64,000 nucleotides of DNA. Origin: Nitrospirota bacterium (lineage in GTDB: Bacteria > Nitrospirota > UBA9217). The notes under the pieces are model-generated. The model ran no database searches and was not told the DNA's origin. It saw nothing but the letters and a program-made list of their open reading frames with translations. Position numbers and translations under genes: made by a program. The stretch spans positions 512,001-576,000 of the forward strand of contig CAWJQQ010000008.1 in NCBI GenBank assembly GCA_963845065.1, given 5' to 3'. Shown here piece by piece: positions 1 to 10,192 of this stretch (the stretch's first letter is position 1; each line of letters begins with the position of its first letter).

Positions 1-327
1 TACCGAAAGAGCGTGTTGACCGGCAGTATCGCCGGACGGTTGAAAGCAATTATCAGGGATGTGGTTTCCGAGAGAAAATCTGAAATTATTGAGATGGAGA
101 TAATGCCGGATCACGTACATTTACTTGTAGAGGTTGATCCGCAGTATGGCATTCATCGGCTAGTCAAGCAGATAAAGGGCAGAAGCTCCAAACTGCTTCG
201 TTCAGAATTCAAGGTTCTCCGGACCCGGATTCCAACACTTTGGACCAACAGCTACTTTGTTTCTACCGTTGGTGGGGCGCCGTTGGCCGTTATCAAACAA
301 TATATTGAGCACCAGAAAGTTGTTTAA
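1..327 (+). CDS. tnpA: IS200/IS605 Y1 HUH transposase (5' partial)
   Basis: HUH motif PDHVHLL, IKGRSS, LWTNSYFVSTVG and catalytic Tyr in IKQYIEHQ. Confidence 0.95.
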   Translation, partial: YRKSVLTGSIAGRLKAIIRDVVSERKSEIIEMEIMPDHVHLLVEVDPQYGIHRLVKQIKGRSSKLLRSEFKVLRTRIPTLWTNSYFVSTVGGAPLAVIKQYIEHQKVV

Positions 328-339
328 TCAGGGAGTTGT

Positions 340-1857
340 ATGGAAAAGAAAACAACACCATCGTTTATCCATGAATTGTCTCTTCTGGTCAGTACATCTC
401 AGGAGAGGATACTCCTCATGCGCATGGACGTGGCCCGGCAACTTTACAATGCCTGTCTCGGCGAATCTCTCAAACGCCTGGATCTCATGCGGGAATCCAA
501 GCAATATCAAAAGGCACGCATTATACCCTATAAGGATAAGGGATTGCGTTCCGATGCATTTAAGGCTGTGAATGAGAAGTTCGGCTTCTCCGCATACAGC
601 TTGCACAAGTATGCTGGTGCGGTAAAGAACGCCTGCCACATCGGTGATCACCTGGATGTTCATACCGTCCAGAAAATCGCCACCCGGGCGTTTGATGCTG
701 TCCAAAAATATGCGTTCAATAAAAGAGGCAGGCCAAGGTTCAAAGGCAAGCATCAACTCTTAAGTGTTGAATCCAAGAGCAACGCCGCTGGCATACGTTT
801 CCGCACAGACGAAAAGCAAAGCCGTATCGAGTGGATTGGTCTTGAACTGCCCTGCTTATTCGACAAAAAAGACAAGCATGGCGTGCAGGCCCACGCCCTT
901 TCCTGTAGGACAAAATATGTAAGGCTGGTCTGCAGGCGGATGCGCAGTAAAAACTACTTCTACGCCCAGCTAGTGCAGGAAGGGCTGCCGAAGCAGAAAA
1001 CCAAAAACATCATCTCTGATGGTACAATCGCCCTGGATCTCGGCCCGTCTACGTATGCTATTTATACTCATGGCTACGCCGATCTTCAGCAGTTTTGTAA
1101 AGAGCTGGAACCGCTCGAAAAGACCATTAAACGATTGCAACGGGCGCTCGATCGGTCACGAAGGGCCACAAACTCTGGGAATTATAACGCCGATGGCACA
1201 GTTAAAAAGGGTGCCAAGACTTGGACCAATTCAAAGAACTATCAGACGATACGGACCGCAGTATCAGAACTTCACCGGAAACAAGCCGCGCAGAGAAAAT
1301 CTCTTCATGGCAAGCTAACCAATGAAGTTTTAACACTGGGAAATCACATTAATATTGAAACACTAAGCTACAAATCATTGCAGCATAATTTTGGTAAAAG
1401 CGTGGGCTTAAGGGCACCGGGAACCTTTGTATCAATGCTTTCTCGCAAGGCTGAGAGTGCCGGCGGAAAAGTGATTGAACTCCCGACTCGAAAACTCAGG
1501 CTGTCTCAAACCTGCCATTGCGGAACAGTAAAGAAAAAACCGCTCTCGCAGCGGCAACATGTTTGTGAATGCGGAGTAGCAGCCCAACGGGACCTCTATT
1601 CCGCATATCTTGCGTATCACGTTCAAGATGGTGTTCTCGATACGGCTGAGGCAAGTAGATACTGGCCGGGTGCGGAACCGCTCCTTAAACAGGCGGTATC
1701 GAGATTGCAGCAACAATCTGCGAATGTGAGGAGTGCTTTCCCTTACAGCTTCGGTCTCAAACAACGTACTCGTTTGGGCCGGAGACAGAGCGGATCGCCT
1801 GTGAAAGAAGAACATGCCAAGATCGATGTCCGGGAAGTTGTAGCTGCTGGCATTTAA
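340..1857 (+). CDS. tnpB: TnpB RNA-guided endonuclease
   Basis: RuvC D/E/D motifs ALDLGP, NIETLS and QRDLYSA are intact; zinc finger CHCG..CECG; follows tnpA. Confidence 0.93.
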   Translation: MEKKTTPSFIHELSLLVSTSQERILLMRMDVARQLYNACLGESLKRLDLMRESKQYQKARIIPYKDKGLRSDAFKAVNEKFGFSAYSLHKYAGAVKNACHIGDHLDVHTVQKIATRAFDAVQKYAFNKRGRPRFKGKHQLLSVESKSNAAGIRFRTDEKQSRIEWIGLELPCLFDKKDKHGVQAHALSCRTKYVRLVCRRMRSKNYFYAQLVQEGLPKQKTKNIISDGTIALDLGPSTYAIYTHGYADLQQFCKELEPLEKTIKRLQRALDRSRRATNSGNYNADGTVKKGAKTWTNSKNYQTIRTAVSELHRKQAAQRKSLHGKLTNEVLTLGNHINIETLSYKSLQHNFGKSVGLRAPGTFVSMLSRKAESAGGKVIELPTRKLRLSQTCHCGTVKKKPLSQRQHVCECGVAAQRDLYSAYLAYHVQDGVLDTAEASRYWPGAEPLLKQAVSRLQQQSANVRSAFPYSFGLKQRTRLGRRQSGSPVKEEHAKIDVREVVAAGI

Positions 1858-1981
1858 GGTAGTGAAAGGTTGTAGCGGCTGGCCTTTGCAGTCGTGAGAG
1901 CCCGGAAGAGTAATTGGATAAGGTTTTCAGAACCCCCTGGCTTCAGCCATGGGGAGGTTCAGATGAGCAGGGTCTGGATCA
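1760..1981 (+). ncRNA. Putative omegaRNA/reRNA (scaffold up to the IS right end, plus a flanking guide of about 20 nt)
   Basis: Inferred from position: TnpB reRNA overlaps the tnpB 3' end and the right end. The 5' boundary is approximate. Confidence 0.55.
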
Positions 1982-2346
1982 TTCCCACATTCCTCTGGCC
2001 CCAGTTGGTCGGCGGAGCCCTCTTAGGGCTCGGCTACCTTGTCAGCGGATACTGCCCTGGTACGGCAGTCGCCGGCCTAGCATCTGGCAGGCTGGACGCA
2101 TTGGTTACGATGGCCGGCATGGGAAGCGGGACACTGCTGTTCTCCGCAATCTATCCAGCGCTTGAAGGGTTTTACAATATAGGCGACATGGGAACACCAA
2201 CACTGCCGGAGTTGCTTCATTTGAACCACTGGGTGCTTCTTGCGATCGTGTATGTGTTGGCCGGCGTCATGTTCTATTCCATGGAGCGGCATGAGCACAG
2301 GGGACAACACCCCATGGTGAAAAGGGTACTGCACGCCGAGTCGTGA
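1963..2346 (+). pseudogene. C-terminal part of a YeeE/YedE (thiosulfate/selenium transporter family) gene interrupted by the IS605 element
   Basis: Signature GGALLGLGYLVSGYCPGT; N-terminal half is absent; begins exactly at the IS right end. Confidence 0.8.
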
Positions 2347-2397
2347 TCTTTTGACTCGTGGGAGCTTCAAGAGACTATCTCAAGAAATGACTCACCC

Positions 2398-2433
2398 TAA
2401 ACCGGGTTGCGCTTTTTTCGGCAACCCGGTTTT
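2398..2433 (+). terminator. Intrinsic terminator hairpin
   Basis: AAACCGGGTTGC-N10-GCAACCCGGTTT followed by T. Confidence 0.75.
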
Positions 2434-2702
2434 ATAATCACCCCTGAATCTGATTTGGTCAAATGTGGGAATTTTTCGTCAATCGATTAAAACAATACTT
2501 CTTAGAAGCTAGAATCATACCTAGGTTTCTTCAGTATTTTTTAAATAGATAACCAATTCCATCGTTTACGGCAGGTGCAATTTCCTCTCAACATTTCTAT
2601 CGCTGAATTTGGGAGGAACTTTTTGAAAACGGGCCCGACTTAATCCATGCTACAGACACGAAATTTCTTGGAAAGATATAGTTCCGAATAGTATAATAAC
2701 TC

Positions 2703-3734
2703 ATGGAACCTTTCATCTCTATAATCATTCCCAATCGTAACGCAGACGCTACGATAGGAAAGTGCCTTGATAACGTCTTTGCGGTAGAAGATAGAAATTT
2801 TGAAGTTGTCGTTGTTGATGACGCTTCTGAGGACAACTCTGTTAATATAATAAAAAAGCGTCCTTGCAGGTTGATTCAGCTGGAAAAGCACTCGGGCCCT
2901 TCAAAGGCGAGAAATATCGGCGCGCAAAACAGCAGGGGGGATATATTGTTTTTTACCGATGCGGATTGTCTTATCCCTAAAGAGAGTCTATCCATCGTTC
3001 GGAAGACGCTTACCAGCCACGACTCCGATGTAGTCCTGGGGGGAACATATACGCAGGTACCTTACGATAATGGTTTTTTCAGTGCCTTCCAATCGATATT
3101 CATCAACTATTCAGAGACCAAGAATTGGAAGAGGCCTGACTACGTGGCCACGCACGCCATGGTCCTCCGGACGGAAATATTCAATAGGACCGGCGGTTTT
3201 TCCGAAGACTTTCTGCCTCTACTCGAAGACGTCGAGTTCAGTCACCGGCTACGCCGGTCGGGCTATAGACTTATGATCGATCCTGGATTTCAGGTTCGGC
3301 ATATATTTAAGTATTCCCTGAAAAAATCATTCAGCAATGCAATCCGAAAAACAAAATACTGGATTTTGTATTCACTACAGAATCGAGACTTGTTTGCCGA
3401 TTCAGGAACAGCTTCAGCAGAAATAAAGATGAATGGTGCGTCCTGGCTCGTTACCGGTATTTTGACAGTTTTCGGTCTCGTATCTGGGAAGGCAAGTATT
3501 TTCATGCCCTTGCCAATAATCTGGACAGTTAATGCCTTTGTGAACAGGAATCTGTTCCGCGCGTTTTATAAAACAAAAGGAGCATGTTTTTTCCCCGCAG
3601 CAGTGTTTTATTATGTCCTGATTTACCCCGCTGCTGTCTGGGTCGGCACTTTTAAGGCGTTGCTACAGTACTTTATACGGGTTAAACCGTGGTTACACAG
3701 AAAAGCCCTGAATGGCGTTACTCAGAAACTTTGA
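2703..3734 (+). CDS. Glycosyltransferase family 2 with C-terminal TM helices
   Basis: ISIIIP, VVVVDDASED, GPSKARN, FTDADC, EDVEF. Confidence 0.9.
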   Translation: MEPFISIIIPNRNADATIGKCLDNVFAVEDRNFEVVVVDDASEDNSVNIIKKRPCRLIQLEKHSGPSKARNIGAQNSRGDILFFTDADCLIPKESLSIVRKTLTSHDSDVVLGGTYTQVPYDNGFFSAFQSIFINYSETKNWKRPDYVATHAMVLRTEIFNRTGGFSEDFLPLLEDVEFSHRLRRSGYRLMIDPGFQVRHIFKYSLKKSFSNAIRKTKYWILYSLQNRDLFADSGTASAEIKMNGASWLVTGILTVFGLVSGKASIFMPLPIIWTVNAFVNRNLFRAFYKTKGACFFPAAVFYYVLIYPAAVWVGTFKALLQYFIRVKPWLHRKALNGVTQKL

Positions 3735-3747
3735 GGGAATAAACCCA

Positions 3748-4833
3748 ATGTACTCGCCGTTCCGACATGTGAGAGATATTTTCTGGAAGCAAAGGCCGAT
3801 TCATCTCACTTTCTTTTTAACGAGAAGGTGCAATGCCGAATGTCCCTTTTGTTTCTATCTCAGATCTTCAGATAAAATCAGTGACAACCAGCCCGAGCTG
3901 TCTTTAGAGGAGATTAGCAGAACTTCTTCTTCTTTAGGCACTCTCTTGTGGCTCGCTTTTTCCGGCGGAGAAATCTATCTGAGGGATGATCTTGTAGAAA
4001 TCAGCAGAATATTCTATAAAAATAATAAGCCCGCGATAATGCTTTTCCCCACCAACGGCCTTCTGTCCGAAGTGATCCGAGACAGGACAGAAGAAATTCT
4101 GAAACGCTGTCCTAAAAGTACAGTCGTTGTAAAGCTATCCGTTGATGGACTGGATGGCGCACATGATGCACTCCGGAATCGCTCGGGAAGTTTTGAAAAA
4201 GCCATGCAAACGTATCAATTGCTTGAAGGCCTCATTGATAAGTATCCGAATTTCGAACTCGGCATCAATACGATCTTCTGTTCTGAGAATCAGAACAACA
4301 TGGATGATATAATCGATTTTGTCAGTGGGCTGAAGAATATAAAGACGCACACGATATCTCTGATACGCGGAAACCTAGCGGATGCTAATTACAAAAAAGT
4401 GGATTACCACAAATACAATCAAGCAATTGAAAGGCTCGAGAAAAACCTGAAAAATTCTATCTCAGGTATTTATCGATTCAAAGGAGCTCGCGTTAAAGCT
4501 GCACAGGATATTGTGCAACGCCGCTTGATCTATCAAACAACGTGCGAACAAAAGAGGGTTATTCCTTGTTATGCAGGCAGGCTGAACCTGGTTTTACAAG
4601 AGGGAGGGGATATTTATCCGTGCGAAATGCTGACGGAAAGCTTCGGCAATATAAGAAAGTATGACTATGATGTTGGGAGAGTAATAAGGTCGGAGAACGC
4701 CCGAAAGATAATCGATGCAATACGAACCAGTCAATGCTACTGTACTCATGAGTGTTATACTATGATAAATATTCTTTTCAACCCGAAATTATATCCTGCT
4801 GTTGCAAAGAAATATCTTCAATTATCACGTTGA
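3748..4833 (+). CDS. Radical SAM protein with SPASM/twitch domain (alternative start 3712)
   Basis: CNAECPFC, SGGE, C-terminal CYAG..YPCE..CYCTHEC. Confidence 0.9.
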   Translation: MYSPFRHVRDIFWKQRPIHLTFFLTRRCNAECPFCFYLRSSDKISDNQPELSLEEISRTSSSLGTLLWLAFSGGEIYLRDDLVEISRIFYKNNKPAIMLFPTNGLLSEVIRDRTEEILKRCPKSTVVVKLSVDGLDGAHDALRNRSGSFEKAMQTYQLLEGLIDKYPNFELGINTIFCSENQNNMDDIIDFVSGLKNIKTHTISLIRGNLADANYKKVDYHKYNQAIERLEKNLKNSISGIYRFKGARVKAAQDIVQRRLIYQTTCEQKRVIPCYAGRLNLVLQEGGDIYPCEMLTESFGNIRKYDYDVGRVIRSENARKIIDAIRTSQCYCTHECYTMINILFNPKLYPAVAKKYLQLSR

Positions 4834-4892
4834 TTGTTATTCTTCTTACCGCACGAACTTATGTCTGTGCCTGTTTATGCCTTTCGTTCTTG

Positions 4893-4932
4893 AAAAAACT
4901 TCAGGAGGCGGGTGCAAGGTGCCTCCTGAAGT
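4893..4932 (-). terminator. Terminator between the convergent radical SAM and extI genes
   Basis: ACTTCAGGAGGC/GCCTCCTGAAGT stem; U-tract on the minus strand. Confidence 0.7.
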
Positions 4933-4959
4933 CATGACATCGCAGGCTGCGTCAATTCA

Positions 4960-6273
4960 TCAAATACGTAACTGAAACATTACTGTTACGGTATTGAAAT
5001 CCTTGTTCAATGCGTCTTGCTGGGCAAAATCATTCGCTGAATATTCGAAAGTTAGTCTTAAGTCTTGGCCTTTCAAATAATAATTAACGCCTAAAGCTTT
5101 CCATGTTATATTCTGATCATAGACATCGGAAAGCTGCGCAAAATTCCACTTTTCGTAGCGGCCGAAGAATTGTAGCTTGCCGATTCCTATTTTGTTGGGA
5201 AACATATACCCGGCTTTCGCATACCACCCGTTTTTTTCTCCATTAATGCCGATACTCCTCGGATCGGGATCAGGGCCTTTGTACGCCCCCCCAAAATCTT
5301 CTTTGACATATGCACTGGAAACAGTAACTGTTCCAACGTGCGTCGGGTATTCGAAAAACACATCGTAGGTGTATGCCTGATAATTCTTTGACATGTCCTG
5401 TCCGGTGACGTTCCCGTATGCCACATCCGGTTGATACTGATATCCTGCACCTATAGTTAGGACTTTTTTTGTGCCGAGATAGGTACCCTTGTAGACGAGC
5501 GAAAACTCGGGATCCAGCAGGGAGACATGGGCACGTGCAGTGTAACGGAGAGAACTCTTCGGATTATTACCGGTCTGATCACCATTCATTGCGGCTATCC
5601 GGTACTGAAACAGTGCATTAGAGCTATTTCCCCAGAGGAGCAAGCCGAAGTCACGGTTCTCTCGCGGCAAATCGGTGTAGACAAAGATGGAACGATCAAC
5701 GCTGAGCGGCTCGAAACAGCTCTCATTGTCCTCCCGTATCAGTGGGTCTTTGGTCAGTCCCACGCGGAGCCGGAAGGCGTCGGTATAGTCCGCATAAATA
5801 AACCCGTCGATAATATCGAAGTTTTGCTGCGGTGTAGCAGATACCGTCTCGGTGAAAATTCTTTCATCTCCCTCGAATTGATACGCAGCGTAAAAACCGT
5901 AGACATCGTCCAACTGTCCCGTCATCATTAGCCTAGCTCTTCTGAAGTAGATGTTGGATGTATCGCTCGTTCCGTTGGGTCCGGAACCCGTATCCCTCCA
6001 CTGACCGTAAAGTTGTTGAGCATAATTAAACTTGATCGACGACAGTGTGTTTGCAATCTGTTCAGTTACTTCCTCTTTTGAAGGTTCTGTCTGCGCTGCC
6101 GGTTCTGCTTGCGCTGCCGGTTCTGCTTGTGCTGCCGGTTCTGCTTGTGCTGCCGGTTCTATCTGCGTTGCTGGCGCTGTCTGAGCGCTAGCTGCATGTC
6201 CACCGACGAACAAGAGAACCGCCACCAGTACACTGACTGGCAAAAAGGATAGTATATACCTTACCTTTGCCAT
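4960..6273 (-). CDS. extI: Outer-membrane porin, ExtI-like (phosphate-selective porin O/P fold)
   Basis: Signal peptide, YFRRARL, beta-strand pattern, KGTYLG, C-terminal FQLRI; co-oriented downstream of the ExtH-like gene. Confidence 0.75.
   Translation of the reverse strand: MAKVRYILSFLPVSVLVAVLLFVGGHAASAQTAPATQIEPAAQAEPAAQAEPAAQAEPAAQTEPSKEEVTEQIANTLSSIKFNYAQQLYGQWRDTGSGPNGTSDTSNIYFRRARLMMTGQLDDVYGFYAAYQFEGDERIFTETVSATPQQNFDIIDGFIYADYTDAFRLRVGLTKDPLIREDNESCFEPLSVDRSIFVYTDLPRENRDFGLLLWGNSSNALFQYRIAAMNGDQTGNNPKSSLRYTARAHVSLLDPEFSLVYKGTYLGTKKVLTIGAGYQYQPDVAYGNVTGQDMSKNYQAYTYDVFFEYPTHVGTVTVSSAYVKEDFGGAYKGPDPDPRSIGINGEKNGWYAKAGYMFPNKIGIGKLQFFGRYEKWNFAQLSDVYDQNITWKALGVNYYLKGQDLRLTFEYSANDFAQQDALNKDFNTVTVMFQLRI
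6083..6160. repeat. 18-bp tandem repeat (4.3 copies) encoding an (EPAAQA)n linker
   Basis: GGTTCTGYYTGYGCTGCC x4 followed by GGTTCT. Confidence 0.95.
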
Positions 6274-6327
6274 GAAAACCTCCTTTGTACATCGATACGT
6301 CGCTCGAAATCATTTTTTCCCTTGCCA

Positions 6328-6603
6328 CTAGCACGAGCATCGAGGCTGCTCTCGATATTTAAGGCGAGGTTTCTTCTGCGGTGGGGCCTTTTCTTTTTTC
6401 TGTGAGCCGTTTTCTTTTGGTGAGATTTCCTCTCCGGATTTCCCCCCTTCACGATCTTTTTCTATATACTTCTTGTCCTTCTCTGTGTCATCCGGCTGCA
6501 CAACATTTCCCTTCGAACCCATCGCAATGTTGTATTGCGGCTGAAAGCTCGGGAAAGGCACCTGTGCCATTACGAGAGCCATATAGATGATGATTATTTT
6601 CAT
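6328..6603 (-). CDS. Small exported basic protein ending in RCSC
   Basis: Hydrophobic N-terminus, Lys/Glu-rich; starts 2 nt after the extH stop. Confidence 0.7.
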   Translation of the reverse strand: MKIIIIYMALVMAQVPFPSFQPQYNIAMGSKGNVVQPDDTEKDKKYIEKDREGGKSGEEISPKENGSQKKEKAPPQKKPRLKYREQPRCSC

Positions 6604-6605
6604 TG

Positions 6606-8243
6606 CTAATATCCTGGTGCTATGGAGGTTCCTCCCCCGCCGACTACGCTCGTACCGCCTCCGACACCAAAATACGCCGAGTCAGCATCCTCGATCTCAT
6701 TTCCGGATGCGTATGAGTTAGGTGGCAAAGGGGTACATCCTGAGGGAGTGTATGTTGTCACACCCGTCAGGCTTAAGCTTCTTGCACAGATGCTTCCGTC
6801 AAAGGAAAGCAACTCCACAGGCCTCTTAGTGATGAAATCCCACCGGTCGTTCAAGGTATGGCCCGTAGATGCAGCAAAGGCGATGTTCATACCCTCTGTG
6901 CCTATTGTTATTGAACCGGCAGATATCGGAACTAATGTAGCATCCCATACAATAGTGGTTGTCGCACTACTCTTGGTCCAACTGAACGTATCGGTAGGAG
7001 TTCCCACAGAATCGATCTGGACTCTGAAGCTTCTGTTTGCAGTCCCGGTAAAGGTGCCACCTGAAGTCATGTCATTGAGGCCGGTTCCGGTAAAGAAGAC
7101 AGGGCCAGGCGAGGTATCGTAATTGTATACTACCAGTGCGCTGCGCGATGGGACATCAGTTCTCAAGGGAGAATCGGATGCTAGCTGTCCGCCGTTAACT
7201 TGACTTCCGGAAAATTGCCCCCACTGACTCCATGAGGCGTCGTAGAGGACAACAGGCCAATCTAAAATAGCATCGAGTGCAAAGAACGCCGAACTGGCGA
7301 TCACCCCAGTTCTTCAGTAAACATATGAGACATTCGTACTGTTGACGCCGACAGCATTAAACATTGCCGTGATGACATTCGGTGGTTGGAATCGATAGTT
7401 GTTTGTCGGATCGAACAGATTCGTATAGAGTATTGCCTTAGCGCCGTTCAAACGACCTTCAAACGCCACATAATCGCCTGAAGTAAATGCCCCGGCAGTG
7501 GAACCTCGTACGCCCGCATATGATCCAGTCGTCGGTCCACTTCTCATATCAATGGGAATGGCATTCGCCGTCTTGCCTTCGGCGAGATTTATCATATCAA
7601 TTAATGCTGCTCTGAGGTCAGTGCGGAGCGAAGGGTTCTTTTTTATGCTGTATGTAGAAGGCACAATTGGAGGTGCCGGAGCCGTCGTCAAACCGTATTC
7701 AGCCGCCCAGGAAAAGTTTATACCATCGAGCAACTTGAGCTTATTCTTGGCGAATCCCCAGTAGCGGAACGTCCAGTAGGTCCGCGTAGCATTAAGAACC
7801 GCGCTTGCGGACGGAGTTGTCGCCCCGCTGGTAAAGACGATGGTGGTATTGTTATCTATCCCGTATTGCTGAATCAGGGCATCCATGTGCGGGCCGTCTA
7901 GAACCATGTTGACGTCGGTTGCGCCGCCTTCTTGACGAGTTTGAAATATAGCACTGCTGTTCACGAATTGAGCGCCGGGAATATGGCCCGTAGTGTAAGT
8001 TCCAAGCGAAGTGACGTCGAGGATGACGACCCGGTCGAATCCCGTGCTATTCACGACGCCTGCGTTTATCCATGCATTAAGAGTTTCAGGTGGGATTAGC
8101 GTGGATGTTGTCCCCGGGGTAACCGGCGTGTCGAAACTGCTGGTGCTGCAGCTGTTCATGACGAATGGAACCAGCAGCAGACACACGGACACGAATATCG
8201 TCAGCCATGGCAATTGTTTCCTATGCCTATTCAGAAAATTCAT
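6606..8243 (-). CDS. extH: Selenocysteine-containing tandem-rhodanese lipoprotein, ExtH-like (TGA at 7314-7316 read as Sec)
   Basis: ORFs 7314-8312 and 6606-7304 are in frame across a single TGA, giving VY-U-RTGVIAS at the rhodanese catalytic loop. Also GHIPGA, YDASWSQW, lipobox MNSC, and GGAGG before ATG 8243. Confidence 0.88.
7291..7312 (-). promoter_or_regulatory. Putative bacterial SECIS hairpin
   Basis: UGA-A-GAACUGG-GGUGAUCG-CCAGUUC: perfect 7-bp stem with a G-rich loop directly 3' of the UGA. Confidence 0.7.
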
Positions 8244-8723
8244 CCTTGTTCCTCCTTCCCCCGAATTAAAAATACACGACAATAAGCTGGCTTCTTCGCT
8301 TTTCTCGGTCACCTCCTATTCATGAGTAATGAGATTACTACCGGATTGACATTGCAAATAACGCCATGGCGCACTATCTCTATGCTTGCTGAGAAAAAAA
8401 TATATCAGTTCATACTAAAATATATTCTAGATATGAGAAGTCTTATTGTCAAGCAATATGCAGTTTAAGTACATTTTTTTCTTAAAGTTGCAAATATGAC
8501 ATGATATTCTTCTACAAAAGTAGACGTCAGTGTTAAATGTGCCAATTTTATTATTTGTGCATGAATGGCATAATCAATGCAAGCTAAATCACTTTTCGTC
8601 GGACGGTCAGAATCCTCGTATGTCAGCAATCAGCCTGAGGGCCAAGCATGCGAACGAAAAGAAGGCGCCCTTCTGTGAAGACGAAGCGTGTAAAGCAAGG
8701 ATTAGAGAGGGATAACGTTACGA

Positions 8724-10190
8724 TCAGCAGGCTTTCTGATTCTTTTTCTGTTTAGTATGCTCTTGGAAGAGATCACTCTTTCTCCATAGCCAGAATAGGC
8801 TTTTTGCGCTCTTTACAGCAACCATGCAATCATGCCAGTTTCTGATCTGAAGGAGTTTTTTGAATATGAAAGAAGGCCTGGAATAGAATCGTTTAAACGC
8901 GAGCTGCCGGAGCTGCAAAATCTGCTCACGCGTCATGGTAAAAGGGATGAAAGCCGCACCCTGGTATGTAAAATCTGTGAGATCGTCGGAAATGGTCCCA
9001 TACTGATCCAGGTTTTCGTAAAGTTCAGTGCCGGGAAAAGGCGTGATGGCGTGAAAGTTCGCCATGTCCGGGTCAAGCTCTACAGCGAACTGAATGGTCT
9101 GAAGGCCTTCTTCAAAGGTTTCGCCGGGAATGCCGAAAATGAACGGAGTGCTAACCTTAAGGCCGACTTCTTGTGCATCCTTCACCGCCCTTTTAATCTG
9201 GGCGAGAGTCGTTCCTTTGCGAATGGTGTTGAGGTTTTTCTGCACTCCGCTCTCAGCGCCAAAGAGTATGGCCCAGCATCCTGCATCCTTGAATGCTTTG
9301 AGTAACGTTTTGTCCACCTGATTGACACAGGCGGAAGCAAACCAGGTGAATTTAAGGCCTCTTCTCCTGATCCCCTGGGCTATCTCTGTGGCCCGGCGGT
9401 AATCAGCAGCAAAAGTATCATCGAGGAATTTTATCTCCTTATACCCCTGCTTAATGCAGTGTTCTATCTCTTCCAGTACATTTACAACGCTGCGGTAGCG
9501 GATTCCGCTCTTTCGCTCTTTGTCCAGCTGAAAGCAATAAATGCATCGTCTATTGCATCCCCTCGAGGTTATCATTACCGCGACAGGTTTTTTCCGATAT
9601 GTTCCAGGAGGCGGAATATACTTATTTGCATCACCCAAAAGTTCTCTTGCAGGAAAAGGAAGGGAATCTAAATCGGTGATAAATGGTCTCTGAGGGTTTT
9701 TGATGATTTTTTCGCCCTCGCGGTACACGACACCCAGCACCCCATCTAGTCCCCTGCCAGCCTCAAGTCTGCTCACTATTTCAAGGGTCGTGAACTCTCC
9801 CTCGCCGGTGACTATTGCATTCAGACATGTACCCGCTTCCTGAAGACACTGCTCCTGCATGGCAATAGGATAAGGGCCTCCAGCACATATAAAAGCATCC
9901 CGAGCATAGATTCTTTTCAGATCGGCAGCTGTCTTTTTGGCCATGTCCCATCCAAAAGTCGTTGAATAAATACCGATAAAATTCGGGCTGAATTTTTCAA
10001 TATCCCTGAGTATCTCCTTATGGGTCATGAATGCTCCGTTCAGAAAAATGACGTCATGCCCGGCCCTTTGGAGAACCGCGGCGACCGAGAGGGTACCGAC
10101 CGGTTGCCAGTAGTTGACCTGCGAGCTGGCTGTCTTCGAGGAAAAGATGTCCTCTGGTGCCCAGGCTGGTATGAGCAGTGCGCACTTCAT
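8724..10190 (-). CDS. Cobalamin-binding (class B-type) radical SAM protein
   Basis: N-terminal B12-binding domain (GGPYP, GEGE); SRGCNRRCIYC; GAESG; PFPGT. Confidence 0.9.
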   Translation of the reverse strand: MKCALLIPAWAPEDIFSSKTASSQVNYWQPVGTLSVAAVLQRAGHDVIFLNGAFMTHKEILRDIEKFSPNFIGIYSTTFGWDMAKKTAADLKRIYARDAFICAGGPYPIAMQEQCLQEAGTCLNAIVTGEGEFTTLEIVSRLEAGRGLDGVLGVVYREGEKIIKNPQRPFITDLDSLPFPARELLGDANKYIPPPGTYRKKPVAVMITSRGCNRRCIYCFQLDKERKSGIRYRSVVNVLEEIEHCIKQGYKEIKFLDDTFAADYRRATEIAQGIRRRGLKFTWFASACVNQVDKTLLKAFKDAGCWAILFGAESGVQKNLNTIRKGTTLAQIKRAVKDAQEVGLKVSTPFIFGIPGETFEEGLQTIQFAVELDPDMANFHAITPFPGTELYENLDQYGTISDDLTDFTYQGAAFIPFTMTREQILQLRQLAFKRFYSRPSFIFKKLLQIRNWHDCMVAVKSAKSLFWLWRKSDLFQEHTKQKKNQKAC

Positions 10191-10192
10191 TG

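Larger units (their letters stand above)
1..1962 (+). mobile_element. IS200/IS605-family element (tnpA + tnpB); left end lies outside the window
   Basis: tnpA and tnpB are in tandem. Subterminal right-end hairpin AACCCCCTGGCTTCAGCCATGGGGAGGTTCA at 1931-1961; host yeeE sequence resumes immediately after it. Confidence 0.9.

Noticed and set aside
1894..1962. N-terminal extension of ORF 1894-2346
   Set aside because: It is translated IS right-end sequence, not part of YeeE
6083..6160. Possible CRISPR-like repeats
   Set aside because: Contiguous in-frame 18-mers with no spacers; they encode a linker
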